Shown piece by piece: positions 50,377 through 62,532 of a stretch of DNA of 64,000 nucleotides. The number at the start of each line of letters is the position of its first letter. The stretch's first letter is position 1. Source of the stretch: Amphiscolops sp. MND2022 (taxonomy: Eukaryota); the NCBI GenBank assembly GCA_964187785.1, contig OZ076414.1, positions 47,926,001 to 47,990,000 of the forward strand. Direction: 5' to 3'. The notes below the pieces were generated by a model that was given only the letters and a program-made list of their open reading frames with translations, searched no databases and was not told where the DNA came from. Made by a program: the position numbers and the translations under genes.

Positions 50377-51219
50377 AAGTTCTATGGTGGTTTTCAGATT
50401 GAGGGTTTTTTCGCGGATCAGTTTTTCCCGGAGTTTCTTATCGGTTATGCTTGTGATAAATTTCGATACGAGTAGGTCTTCTTGTTTGATATCTTTGAAA
50501 TCACATGTTTTTTCTAACGTTATCAGCTTTTTCCAATGTTCCTCGGGTGTTTCGTTTTCCTCTTGCTTGGCCCAGAAGAAATCTGCACGGCTGTGGTATG
50601 TATTTCTTTTGGGCAGATAGTATTCCCGGAACAGTGGAATCAACTTGTCGGTTTTTATTGTGTCTGGGTCCGTGTTGAATTCTCCTTTCGTGATGATTTC
50701 AATTGCCGACGGTCCGGCGCCCCAAATGAAATCTTGTCTGATTTCCGGTTCTTTTGTGTCCCATGGGTCACCGGTAGGTACCGTATCGTCGGTTAATATC
50801 GGTTTGATATCTATGTTGTGGATTCTTTTTATGTAATGTCGAAATCTCTCGGTCCATTCTTTTGGTGTGTATATTTTCTTCCCGTCAAGTCCGGTGTCTT
50901 CTAGGTAAGGTAGTTGTATCTTAGTTGCCACGGCCATTATTGATATTCGTTGGTTGGTAAAAATGTTTCGTGTTTTAAGAAGGTTTGGTAAAATAAAATC
51001 TTGCTACTGCGCCATGTTAAGATCTCTTGGTTTACTATAAAACAATGTTGGTGACAAAGAGTTTTCATTCAACTATTTCGTATCAAAGTAACAAATGTAG
51101 TGAGATCTATGTGATGTAATGCAATAACCTAAATATGACAGTAATTAGAGTTTGTTATCAAATTTGTTTAAACAACTCTCTGTCTAAAGTAGTTCAGTCT
51201 ATGACCTCTACATTCCACA
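50377..51219 (-). mobile_element. gag: B3: fifth LTR (51015-51219), primer site and 5' gag fragment
   Basis: Gag codons 1 to about 190, broken at a (CT)n microsatellite. Confidence 0.9.
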
Positions 51220-51220
51220 T

Positions 51221-51511
51221 TAATTTTTTACGGTTGATGTTTTCCTCAAAAACTTTCGAAAGCCGAATCATCCCCAGCAATATTTGTTTCAGGACGAAAA
51301 TGCTATTTTCGCAAGACTTTTCAAGGAAACCCTCTCATCACAGGAATAAGTCATAGCGAAATTCTCGCAAAATCTTCGCAATGAAGGCTTTGTGTATAAG
51401 AATGTTAATGGCAAATCAAATTTTATTGCAGCCATGGTGAAATTGTTGCTATTTCGTTTTTATTTTCCTCCCACATTTTACAAATGGGGGAGGAAAATCA
51501 TTATCTGTGAT
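51221..51511 (+). repeat. 291-bp direct duplication flanking the family B cluster (partner 36459-36749)
   Basis: TAATTTTTTACGGTTGATG...TTATCTGTGAT on both sides; internally deleted versions follow the LTRs at 42688 and 50105. Confidence 0.85.
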
Positions 51512-51585
51512 TCGTTTTTTCCCAAATTTTGCCAAATCTCCACAATCTCCACCTTTTGATTACTTGACTTGATGAACATAATTCA

Positions 51586-51616
<31 letters not shown>

Positions 51617-51627
51617 AAAGTAAAAAT

Positions 51628-51825
51628 GGGAATAAGATCTAAAGGGAATGAGAGAAGAGAGAGAAGTTAATTTCCCCATTACCGCAGGGTGGACGCCGAA
51701 TAAGCAGTTCTGCTTTTCTAAGTCGGCGCCCAATAAGATCTAAAATTCAGGACGGGAATAATATCTAAAAGGAATAAGATCTAAAATCACTAAGTTTTAG
51801 ATCTTATTCTTTAGATCCTATTCCC
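51628..51825. mobile_element. About 200-bp MITE (right-truncated copy 42948-43140)
   Basis: 17-bp inverted ends GGGAATAAGATCTAAAG / CTTTAGATCCTATTCCC; internal AATAAGATCTAAA repeats; no duplication found. Confidence 0.7.
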
Positions 51826-52833
51826 CCTCCCAAAATAGCTATGGCTCAGTTGGTGAAGGCGGTTAGGGCGGAAAATATCTCGGTGCTTAGCGGGCGTCTT
51901 GTTTACATTTAAATGTCAAGAAATGACACAATTTGTATGGCTTTGTGAAGAATACGATTATGCAGTTCCTGATTGCGATGCATGGGTCGCGATCTTTGGG
52001 GAGGCGGCGTTATTCCACGATTCATTTTCGTGCCTATGGCCTTTTTCATTAGTTTTTTATGTTCTTTTCAAAAAAAGCTCCAAAAGAATTGTTTTATCTC
52101 AAATCTGTAGTTTTTGAAGAATTCTATTGCTGATTGCAACCGATCAACTATAACCATCGTGGATTGTGGGGTGGCTAGGAATTATGGTTTCTGTTCAACT
52201 TACAAATTAACGGTTTTTCGTTTCCAATTTATGAAATATGGAGTTGGATTCCACTTAGAATTGAGAAACTAATATTTCTTGAGAACACTTTTGTGGGAAT
52301 TATTTTGAAATTTGAGTCCAATTAAAATTGGACACGAGTTGAAATAAGGAAAAGGACTCTTAGGATTGCCTCCATGAATTCAGAATATTGAAACATTAAC
52401 CACTCTAATGAGGAATTTGAGTAGCGCTTATGGAGGAATCATTTATGTTACATTAATTACCTTCTTATACCTGTAGCAATTTTCTACCCTGTTGATCCTA
52501 CAATTCCAATCTCTTCGATACGTCTATGTTAGCGTCGATTGAGAAAAAACACCAAATTTGTTGAAGTATTGCAATTTGATCAACTTTTTCCTCGAATCAA
52601 ATACTGAAAACATCACTTTGATGCCTAGTTTGTTTTGGCCTCTGTAATAGGATTTTTAAATTCTCTGTTTTGTTGCACTACATCCCCAGTTCGATTGGAT
52701 TGCATCTCGACATCAGCGCGCATCTGGGGTGGTTTTGAGGAGCTGAACAGAAACTGTTTTACGTCTTCTCGGAACTTGGTGGAAGTCGTGTAGAACATGA
52801 TTGGATGCACGAAGTAGTTGAGACCAGTGACTG

Positions 52834-52990
52834 GATGATGTAACATTCTGAAATTGACCAATAATACCTTTTTGATGATGTAACAATCTGAAATAGACCA
52901 ATAATACCTTTTTGATGATGTAACATTCTGAAATTGACCAATAATACCTTTTTGATGATGTAACATTATGAAATTGACAAGTAATACCAT
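52834..52990 (+). repeat. 40-bp minisatellite, about 4 copies
   Basis: GATGATGTAACATTCTGAAATTGACCAATAATACCTTTTT. Confidence 0.9.
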
Positions 52991-53351
52991 TTTGATTTCC
53001 AGCTAACAGTTGTAAATTTTCCGTAAATTTAATCTAATTAGAAGAAAGACTTTGTCTGTTAAGCTTGACTCCGTTAGCTACTTTAGCAAAATGCATATAA
53101 TTACAATCATTTATTGTCATGAATTCAAAACCCTTAAAAATTTGCATATTTCGGTCCGTTTTTGATATAGACTTTTTAATCATGCGTTCAACATTCCAAT
53201 GCGATAGTTTTAAGGAATGCAAGAAACGATCCACGACAATACAAATGAAGCTATATACTTTGCCAATGTTTTCAGCACGCCAATCAACTGTACAGGTATT
53301 AAATTTGCGTCAACTTAATTCAATTTCTCCGTCGAGCAGCTGTTTTTAGTT

Positions 53352-53612
53352 GCCGCTTTTCGTAGAAAACGCAGACTATTGCACTGGCTTTTTAGTCGGC
53401 GCTTTTCGTTAAAAAAACGCAGACCATAGTAGTGATTTTTCTTTTTTTAGTCGGCGCTTTTCGTAGAAAAACGCAGACTATAGTAGTGACTTTTCTTTTT
53501 TTAGTCGGCGCTTTTCGTTAAAAAAACGCAGACCATAGTAGTGATTTTTCTTTTTTTAGTCGGCGCTTTTCGTAGAAAAACGCAGACTATAGTAGTGACT
53601 TTTCTTTTTTTT
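53352..53612 (+). repeat. About 55-bp tandem repeat with alternating variants
   Basis: AGTCGGCGCTTTTCGT(TA/AG)AAAAACGCAGAC(C/T)ATAGTAGTGA...; one degenerate copy then A-B-A-B. Confidence 0.85.
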
Positions 53613-54370
53613 AAACCAACGAAGTGACAGATTTTATTAGCTTTATAAGCTGACTTGAACTAACACTAAATGCCACACTACTTCTACTGGCACTTGAGAT
53701 AGAGGTTAATTAGGCTTTTTTGAGGTCCCCTTTGACATTTTTCGGCACTATGCGACTTCCCGGGGACAAAAAAAAATTTGAAAAAAAATATCAATTTTTT
53801 TTCAAATTTTTCTTCATGCGGGTACTGTAGAAGAGAATACTTGACACTTTGAAGTCCTTTTGCTATGTTTGAGCCTTAGATATGGCGCCGACTTGGGCCG
53901 TTCCCGACATGTATTAAAAACCAACGATGTGACAGAGTTTATAGGCTTTATAAGCTGTTGCTTTCACTAACTGTACTTCCACATTAAACTTGTAACTTCA
54001 ACTCCCACTTAGCATGGAGGTTAATTGGGACTTTTTGCGGTATGTCAAGCAGGAGGACGTGGTTCGAGTATCGCCCTTGATCAAAATTTTTTGTGTATGT
54101 TATTTCGGCTTCGTGAGACTTTCTTCGCAAAATTTTTAAAATGTCTCCAAAGGGCACCCCTTCAATTTTTCAATACTCTGAAACGAAATGGATGTTCAAA
54201 AATACCAAAGAGTCCCCCTTTTAAATTTTCCGGAACTAGGCGACTTACCTTATCGGAGTATAAAAAAAACAAAAAAAGTATTCGGGTACTGTAGAAGAGA
54301 ATACTTGACAATTTTGACGACCTTTTGCTATTTTTGAGCCTTAGATATGGCGCCGACTTGGGCAGTTCCC
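53612..54370. repeat. Modular repeat with internally duplicated blocks
   Basis: AAACCAACGA(A/T)GTGACAGA... twice; CGGGTACTGTAGAAGAGAATACTTGACA...GGCGCCGACTTGGGC twice (about 53820 and 54284). Confidence 0.6.
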
Positions 54371-55426
54371 TGCTTGTTCAGACTATCCACTCCGTGAGAT
54401 AAACTGGATCTCGTTCCGACACTCCAGGGCAATCCACCGATGTGTACCATGGACCCAACGAATCGGTGGAAACAAATTTCTCCTTTTCATTACCTTTCGA
54501 CCGGTATCCATTAGTGGAGAAAATTTGGACTCTAAAAATTTGTTTTAATTTTTGGAGTTACAATTATTATTTAAACACCACAGCACACTGAAGGTTTTGA
54601 GGTACAAAACGTTTTGAGGTAAAAAAAAAGGTTATGAGGTACATGAAGGACCTGGTTGTCACAGTCCGCTCCAGGACTCGACTGCAGTTGCAGACGAATA
54701 CAATTAGGAAGGGCACACGGGTGCCCAATGAATCTTAAACACTACTGGAACGAAATAACTCAAACAGAAACTAAGAAACTGTGGCCTAATTTTACTGTTA
54801 AATGCTGGAAAATAGCCTACTAAGCTAATCTGAAAACGAATGGTATCAGTTACCTCTTTTCTAAACAACACTATGATATCCTGAAAGACATCGGGTAATA
54901 ACTATTTTGAATCGATTACCAAATTGCAACTTCAACCGAACGCTCAAATACCAAAATCTTGAAAATATATAGCAACCATATATTCTTGACAAAGTCCAAT
55001 CAGACTCTTCGTAAAGCCTAAAAATAACAACTATTAACACCCTCCAACTAGCTAATAAAAATAAACAAACAGCATGAGACTACTTGACGCATGATTGACA
55101 AAAATAAGGAGAATAGAATGAACAAAATGCCTTGACACTTTTACCGAAGATACAATAACCAATCAAAGTAACGCTAGAGAATTAACACTACGTTAAAACT
55201 ACGTCAAAGCATTGCTTATTAAACCGATTTCGAAAGAATTCAGTCTGCGCTCAGAGTTCGGTAATGAACTACTGTGAAGATAACTGTAATCCAAATTGAA
55301 ACTAATTACGTCAGCCTAACGTCACTAGCATAAGTATAAACTATGATGCCGATTAAACTAGCACTGCAATTGAAAACATAGGCGCGATGGCATGTCGTGC
55401 TTGGGCTCGACCAGAAACGTTCAAAT

Positions 55427-55547
55427 GTCTGCAGAAGGTGCTACAAATTCTTTGTTTTCCAGGGCTTACAACTTTGTGAACTTATCCGATAAGTTCACAA
55501 AGTTGTAGGCCCTGGAAAACAAAGAATTTGTAGCACCTTCTGCAGAC
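55427..55547. repeat. 121-bp palindrome (60-bp arms, 1-nt loop, 1 mismatch)
   Basis: GTCTGCAGAAGGTG...CTTATC-C-GATAAG...CACCTTCTGCAGAC. Confidence 0.95.
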
Positions 55548-55860
55548 GAAAACCATTCTCCCTCACAAAGGGAGGCAAGGATATAGTCTATTTTTTGTAC
55601 CATCAAAGTTTTCGTCAGGAAGTATGACGCCTACGTTTTTCTGCAAAAATTTTCTTCTTTCATCTTTATAGTTCTTTCATTAAAGTTTCCTGATCTGAGA
55701 CTAGAGTCTAGGCTCAGATCAGGAAACTTTAATGAAAGAACTATAAAGATGAAAGAAACTTTTGCAGAAAAACGTAGGCGTCATACTTCCTGACGAAAAC
55801 TTTGATGGTACAAAAAATAGCCTACATCCTCGCCTCCCTTTGTGAGGGAGAATGGTTTTC
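55548..55860. repeat. 313-bp palindrome (about 155-bp arms, 1-nt loop, several mismatches and one indel)
   Basis: GAAAACCATTCTCCC...CTGAGACTAGA-G-TCTAGGCTCAG...GGGAGAATGGTTTTC. Confidence 0.95.
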
Positions 55861-57041
55861 GTATCTATTTTCAGTTCTGAGAAAAATTAGATGGAAGTTG
55901 GAAAAAATGGGACAAAATTCAGAAAAAATTTCGACGTCATTTTTAGCCTCAAACGTAGCCTACATAAACCTCGTAAAATTAACGAAACCATGAACCTCAT
56001 ATTTGGTCTCGATCATAAGATATAGGAGCTCAAGTAAAAAAAGAACCAAGAATTTAAAACAAAAAATTCAAGTATTTTTGGCAGAAAAACGAAGGCGTCA
56101 TATTTGATGACGGAAACTTTGTTGGACCAAAAAGTAGCCTACATCCATGCTGTTTTTCTCGAAAGAGAATGGTTTCTGTATCTTTTATCAGTTCTGAGAA
56201 ATATGAGCGACGAATGAGAAAAAATGTTTTGACAATTTTTTCATCTTTTTCGCTCAAAAACAACCAAGTATAAAAAAAATTGACGTCATTTTTAGGCCAA
56301 AACGTAGCCTCTGAAACGCTTGTACAATTTTCGAAACCATGGACCCTGTTTTCAGTCTCAGTTTTGAGATATGGGGATCGAATATGAAAAACAGTCAGAA
56401 ATAGCGTTTTTTCAAAAATTCTTTTAAAAAAACCATGAAGCCAATTTTTTTCGAAAGTTTTTTTCGGCGAAAATGTAGCCTAGGATCTTGTGCAACTTTT
56501 AGCGAAAACATGGTATCTGTGTCTGTTCTAGGTTTTGAGAAATTTGCCTTCAAGTTTGAAAAATTGGCACATATCACGAAATCTGCGAAAAAAAAACGTC
56601 ACCAAATGGGCACCTCACAAAGCTTGAGCCCCAAAAAGGAACCTTCGATAAAAACCATATCACATGCTTATATGAATAGGACAATGAGAACCTAATTGTG
56701 TGGAAACAACTAAGGAAAATTCAATATCAGTGATGCTAGGAGTGTGGAGTGAAAGTTGCAGAATAAAGGAATTAAACATTTCCTTTCGAATAGACGAAAA
56801 TAGAGTTATGTTTACTACTACTGACTGAACGCAGAAATAAATCACGTCATGACTACGTCAGACTAGAACAGAGAACACCAAGACTGTAAATACGTTAACA
56901 CTACGTCAATACTAAAATGGAAACATAGCTAATGTATTGATAATTGATATGCGTACAGTACACGCTTTATGATGATGATTCAAAGATGAAGATTTTATTA
57001 AAGGTTAAGATCCAGTATTCGTTTGCAACCTCCCACAGGAG

Positions 57042-57569
57042 CAGGCATTCCGAAAATAGTATTGCCCTATTAGGGAGCCTTCCAATAAATTATTGCCCTG
57101 ATGATACCATTAAAATAAAAATTAAAATACCATTAAAAAACATTGATATTGTTTCTTCGTGAAAATAAATAATGGAAATTAGGGTAATAATTTAAATTAT
57201 TTCGCGAAAAGAGGGAAATCAAGATTTATTGTTATCATGTATAAGTCCATTCACAGTTTTTACATCCCAATAAGCACGATTAATTCTTAGAAACAGTTCG
57301 CCCTCCAAATGCATGGGGGAAGCTGTCATTAATAAAGAACTCATTATATGCGAGTCAACTCAGTATATATGACTCATTATGTTAAGGGTGTAATTTCCTT
57401 TCAAGCTATACGCGCAATAATTTTGAAATAATTGTAAAATATATGGAAATGAAAAATAAATAATTGCCCTAAACATTGACGAAGAATAAATAATTGCCCT
57501 ATATTTGTTGCCAGAATAAATTATTTATCGCCCTTATTTTTCCCTACCCTTAATTTTTCGGAATGCCTG
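57042..57569. mobile_element. 528-bp hAT-type MITE
   Basis: 15-bp inverted ends CAGGCATTCCGAAAA; exact 8-bp duplication CACAGGAG (57034-57041, 57570-57577); subterminal ATTGCCCT repeats. Confidence 0.92.
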
Positions 57570-59666
57570 CACAGGAGTACGAAAAGTCAGAGTTTGTCAT
57601 CAACCCGTCCGCTATGGGAAGCCCTTTAATACTCTCCCTTTTTTGATCCTAAGTAACCAACAACGTCTCATGATTTTCCAACATCGTACAAATTTTAATT
57701 CTGTTAATGTGGAAATGAACAAATACATGCTAATACAGTGGCTACAGCATAAGAATGACGTATCTTCTCTGCCACTTAATGTCATGGACGTGATAATAGT
57801 GCTTATATGTAAAACTTTGCTGTAAAATTGATTAATCTTATGCGAATTTTCCTTTCCCAGAAGCCCTGGGAAGAATGACTTCAGACTGAAATGTAAAATC
57901 AGCCCTTGTTTGGTTTCCTTTTAACGCATAAATTGTTAATAGTGTGTGTTTTAAATTTCACGAATCTCGTATGCTTTAGTTTTCTTCCATCATCAAATAA
58001 TCATCCATATTGTTCACGTCCGCGTTGGTTTTGTCTCCTTTTCACGCCTTTTCAAACCAAGTTGGACTGTTCCGATGAAAATATGATTCATGTTTCTGGT
58101 CTATCAGTGATAAAACGAACTTCCCTCAAATACTTTCCAGGAAATACTTTTCAGTGATCAATATCGCAACGATTTTCTAGATGATGAAATTTTGACTGAG
58201 TAAACCTGAACGATTAACGCCAATGATGCATCACACCACGTGAACCACCAGGTTTTCCGCAAGGCTACTTTGGTAATGACTACGATTCGGAGTCAAGAAA
58301 GGCATACGGGCGTGAGAAGATGATGCTACAAGGTTATAAATATGTAAAGTTCTGAATTTTAATGTTGATAATTGCTGTACCGTTAACTTTGTTCTCCAGC
58401 TTTCAAAATCGAAACTTAACTTGAGTTGTTGAAACTCAATATTTTATGAGATGACTTCGAGAGCTCATGAAAAGAAAGCAACAGTTCTAGACAACAGTGA
58501 GAGCGTTAGATCCCCTGTTGCCGATTTTAACAGGGTAGAGAGCGTTGAGATTGATGAACAAACGACATGCGTAGATGAAACGTCTAAGGGTGATCTTCCG
58601 GAAGTAAATTTCTACGAATTTAAAAATCCTAAATCTTCTTCATAAGAAGAACATCAGCTGAAATTAGGAGTCTGTTTGCCCAAAAACGATCATTCAAGTT
58701 TTAAAGTCTAGCGATAGAGAGAACTACTCGGAGGTCCCAGAAACACCTAGTTGTACCGTGTCTAGGACACAATCTACGCGTAACAGGGTTATACGTTTTG
58801 AAGAGGAAGAGAGATGCAAGCTTGAAGAGTCTCGTAACACCGGGTAGTATCTTGAAGCCGCAATGTAAGCTGGTGTTACAGAGTAAACATAGCCCAGTCA
58901 GAACAAAGAAATGAAAGCGCGAATGCTCGAGTGGTGAAACGCCTGGCTATTGAGCAAAGGATTCTTGATGCGCGTCACGGTAATTTCAATAATTTGAACA
59001 AAAAATGAATGTTTGCGTTACTAGTCTACAGCAAAATGTGCCACCATGGCCACTTGTGGGGCCGTGGTTGAAAAGACGATGGCCAGCGATTGATTCCTTT
59101 CGTTAGTCGCCCCGCAATATCTTTGCTCCAAAATGTACTTCACGCGTGAGCAATGTTTTTCGATTCATTTTGCGCTTCACTTATTGTTTTTCGCCCATAT
59201 TCCACGCAGGACCTTTTTTGCCGTATTCCATTTTCCTTAATTTTGCCATTGTCAAGTCTATATTCAGAAGATAGACAATTACCACAAAACTCAATGACAA
59301 AACATTACGTCCTTGAGCATGAGTGTTTTGGGAAATAATTGACCTCTACCAAAAAATAGCTGAATAAAAAAGCCAAAATTCCAATTGTTGACGAGAATAA
59401 TAATATATGTTTCAATAATATTTGTTTCAGATAATCAGTTTCAGAAAGTTAGGCAGAATTCGTCCAGCGTTTTTGGACCGCGAAGTGTTGCCGGAAATCA
59501 ACGCGCATAATATTTCCCTCTTTTTGAGATAGTGTAAATCGGTACTATTTTGTGAAGCGTTAGAAAAAAATGTAATTTTGCACGACACCCGTATCGACGT
59601 CAAATAAATGCCTTATGAACAAGAAATTGGTCTTTAATAATGAATTCAAATCTTTTACAAAAAATT

Positions 59667-59923
59667 CTAATTTATTTGGTGTAATGTGTCATGTCTAGGT
59701 GTTATGGAAGCATTTTTGTGCAGAATAATAACAACGTGCACTAACGAAGCGAAGAATATCCAACAAGAAGTGTACTGCATGTCCATGACTTGGCGGGAGA
59801 ATTCGGTGTGAGAGATATAGAAGAAAGCCTCCCAGAGACAGGGGATCACACTCAGAAGGGAGATTAAAGAGGTGTACACCATGGTCATAGCCAGACTCCG
59901 CTCTGTCTTCACTGCCAGACCCC
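59667..59923 (-). CDS. Probable last exon (TM6-TM7) of a host 7TM receptor
   Basis: Acceptor TTTCAG; phase 1; GLAVKTERSLAMTMVYTSLISLLSVIP...SCWIFFASLVHVVIILHKN; stop at 59667. Confidence 0.65.
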
Positions 59924-60921
59924 CTGAAACCAAGTAGCTCATCTTTTTGTCCAATCAAACACAAGAAAATTGGAAGGAAAACGTTGCAATTAAATTGTCT
60001 GACATGGTCTGGAAGTGCAAACAGAGTTTGCATGTATTTAGAACCGAAGTCCTTGCTGGAAATTTAGAAGCGCTCCGTTATTGAGACCCAAAACGTATCA
60101 TGACAGCATTCACAGTTGTATTCTTTGGTTCTCTAATTCTTTAATACGGCCTGGCTTGTTTTTTTATGAATAATACACGGTCCACCTCGAAAATTTGAAA
60201 TTTCAACTATTTAGAATTTTTGCCTTTTATTTCCATGAGATTCCATGAATGGAACCATAGAACTCCATGAATGGAAACGTATGGAATGATAGAAGGATAT
60301 GGTTCCATGCATGGAATCGCATAAAAATCAGCCGACCATATTGTTCCAACATATGGCATTGCATTGAAGCCTCATGAACGCGGATCTGGAACGCTTTTCG
60401 TGATGATACACGTGTACTACTGTAACCAATGAGTTGATGTACGTTAAGTTTCTGAAAGAACGAACATTTCACCTAGATGTCTGCTTCAAAAAAAACAAAA
60501 TCAGCCACCGTAAAAATTGGATAATTTGTAAATCGAATCCGCTATATGAAAATGCCAGTTATAACCACATTAAGAAATTTTTTCTATAGTTTTAGTTGTT
60601 AGATTGAAAAGTCAAAGTCACAGTGTCTGTAATTTTGAGTTGAAAAACTGATATTTTTTGTCTGTAATACTTATGGACTGAGGCAAGGAGTAATAATACT
60701 TATAGAAAGAGTTGCAAGGACCGTAATTTGTAGCCAGCAAATGTTGGGATCCCTAGATATTTTGTACCAGATACTGAAACTCTGAAAAAAAGAGAGCCAA
60801 ACAAGAGTATCGTGTAGGTTTTACAACACTGGTTTGCCAAACGAATCTGTTGAGGAAATAATATCCGTCTAATATGCAAGAAGAAAAAAGCTTGAGACGG
60901 AAACAAAAAATATGAGTCAAC

Positions 60922-60982
60922 CTGATCGCTGGCTGCTGTGGACACTTGCTGTGGGGGGACGTCGGCTATGTCCCAGCTTCAT
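60922..60982 (-). CDS. Probable third-intracellular-loop exon of the same receptor
   Basis: TTTGCAG acceptor, 61 nt MKLGHSRRPPTASVHSSQRS+G, GT donor; phases 0 and 1 fit both neighbours. Confidence 0.5.
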
Positions 60983-61108
60983 CTGCAAATGAAACAAAAT
61001 TTATATTGTATTGACTAGCATCAATTTGGTCGGCGCTTCCTGTTTGAAAGGACAAATTATAGTAGTGACTTTGCTAGATAAAAGATAGCGATAGTGACTT
61101 TGCTAGAT

Positions 61109-61670
61109 GTTAGCAGATAAAAGCGCCCCAGTCATAAGCGCCCCAGTCATAAGCGCCCCAGTCATAACCGCCCCAGTCTTAAGCGCCCCAGTCATAAGCG
61201 CCCCAGTCATAAGCGCCCCAGTCATAAGCGCCCCAGTCATAAGCGCCCCAGTCATAAGCGCCCCAGTCATAAGCGCCCCAGTCATAAGCGCCCCAGTCAT
61301 AAGCGCCCCTAGTCATAAGCGCCCCAATCTTTCCCACGCCTAACTTGAAGTTCCTCACTTAAATTGAATAATTATTAGTTTTTCTTTTTAAAATGATCCA
61401 TTGATAAATTGCCTCACTAGGATAGTAATTAATTGTGTCTATAGAAGTGCCAAAAATAACAGATTGAGTGGTTTTCAATTGTAATTTGTTAGGTCGGAAA
61501 ATGTCAAACCAGGGAATATTATATTACGTTCAATTTAGATGAGAGGAAATCAACTCGAAAATTAGCAAGGCATCTCGTATTATGGCGCTTTTGACTGCGT
61601 ATTTTGGGCGTTTTTGACTGGGGTGCTTTTGTCTGGGGCGCCTTTGTCTGAAGCGCTTTTGTCTGTAAAC
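61109..61670. mobile_element. Foldback-like MITE with 15-bp repeat arrays, inside a receptor intron
   Basis: About 13-14 x AAGCGCCCCAGTCAT on the left, degenerate inverted copies at 61583-61665; ends CAGATAAAAGCGC / GCGCTTTTGTCTG; no clear duplication. Confidence 0.75.
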
Positions 61671-62377
61671 GTGACTTGGAGACCCAACGACTTGTTTTTG
61701 ATATTTATGCTCTAAAGTTTCAGCGACATAACTAATTGCAGTGATTACACGCATGCATGGAACAACATCTTGAACTTCTTTTTCAACTCGTGAAGTAGTC
61801 TTAAAAAAGTAGCATTTTTGGGCGTAGTACTTCGAATTTATACAAAACCCTCGAGATTTTTTGGACGTTTGAACTCACGAATCGAATTGTTGGGATTCTT
61901 TCTTTAAATCTTTTCTATAATTTTTCCAATTCATGAAGCTGCTGTAATGAAGTTTCCAATTTTTTCAAAATCTTCTTTTCACTAGTGAAAAATGCTCACG
62001 CAGTGCCACTGTGCTTCTTACTCCAGTATGTATTAAAACTATATGAAACAACAAAATTGAAAGATGAGAGTCTTGAAAAAGAATCAGTGGGAGATTTTGC
62101 CACAATCAAAATGAACTTTTCCAAATAACCGAATTTCGTTTATTGACATAAGAAATATCTGCGTAGAGTTTTTATTTTGTCACAAATGTTGGTTGATTTT
62201 TAAAATATATAAAAATTTTCTGAGGCGGATATTGAGGAAAAGCCATTAAGCGTCCAGTATGGCTAGTTCTATTCGGATCAATCGATTACTTACTCGGGGT
62301 AACTTGATCTCCTCTATACTTTGATAACCTTGTACCATGAGGATGATACTCTGTTTACCACCTATCTGTATCTGTAC

Positions 62378-62532
62378 CTTGAGGAAAATGATGAAGTAGA
62401 GGGTGAAATTGACGACGGGTAGAATGAGCGTGATGAAGACGAAGCGGGGGATGAACACGGCTGTGACCCCGTAACACAGAAGCAGCACGAAACTGACACC
62501 TATCTGCTTCTTTGCTCTGCTCACTGTCTGAC
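62378..62532 (-). CDS. Probable TM4-TM5 exon of the same receptor
   Basis: CTTTTCAG acceptor, QTVSRAKKQIGVSFVLLLCYGVTAVFIPRFVFITLILPVVNFTLYFIIFLK, AAG/GTACAG donor, phase 0 end. Confidence 0.65.

Noticed and set aside
50266-50937. Gag with an RERERE tail
   Set aside because: Read-through into the (CT)n microsatellite at the truncation point.
51840-51900. tRNA gene (TGGCTCAGTTGG A-box)
   Set aside because: No B-box or cloverleaf follows; at most a SINE fragment.
52625-52990. ORFs with repeated HHQKGII
   Set aside because: Products of the 40-bp minisatellite.
58451-58900. Plus-strand host exon
   Set aside because: Short ORF followed by stops, no recognisable motif or splice partner.
61103-61343. 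SAPVI / MTGAL repeat proteins
   Set aside because: Stop-free translation of a 15-bp DNA repeat inside a MITE.
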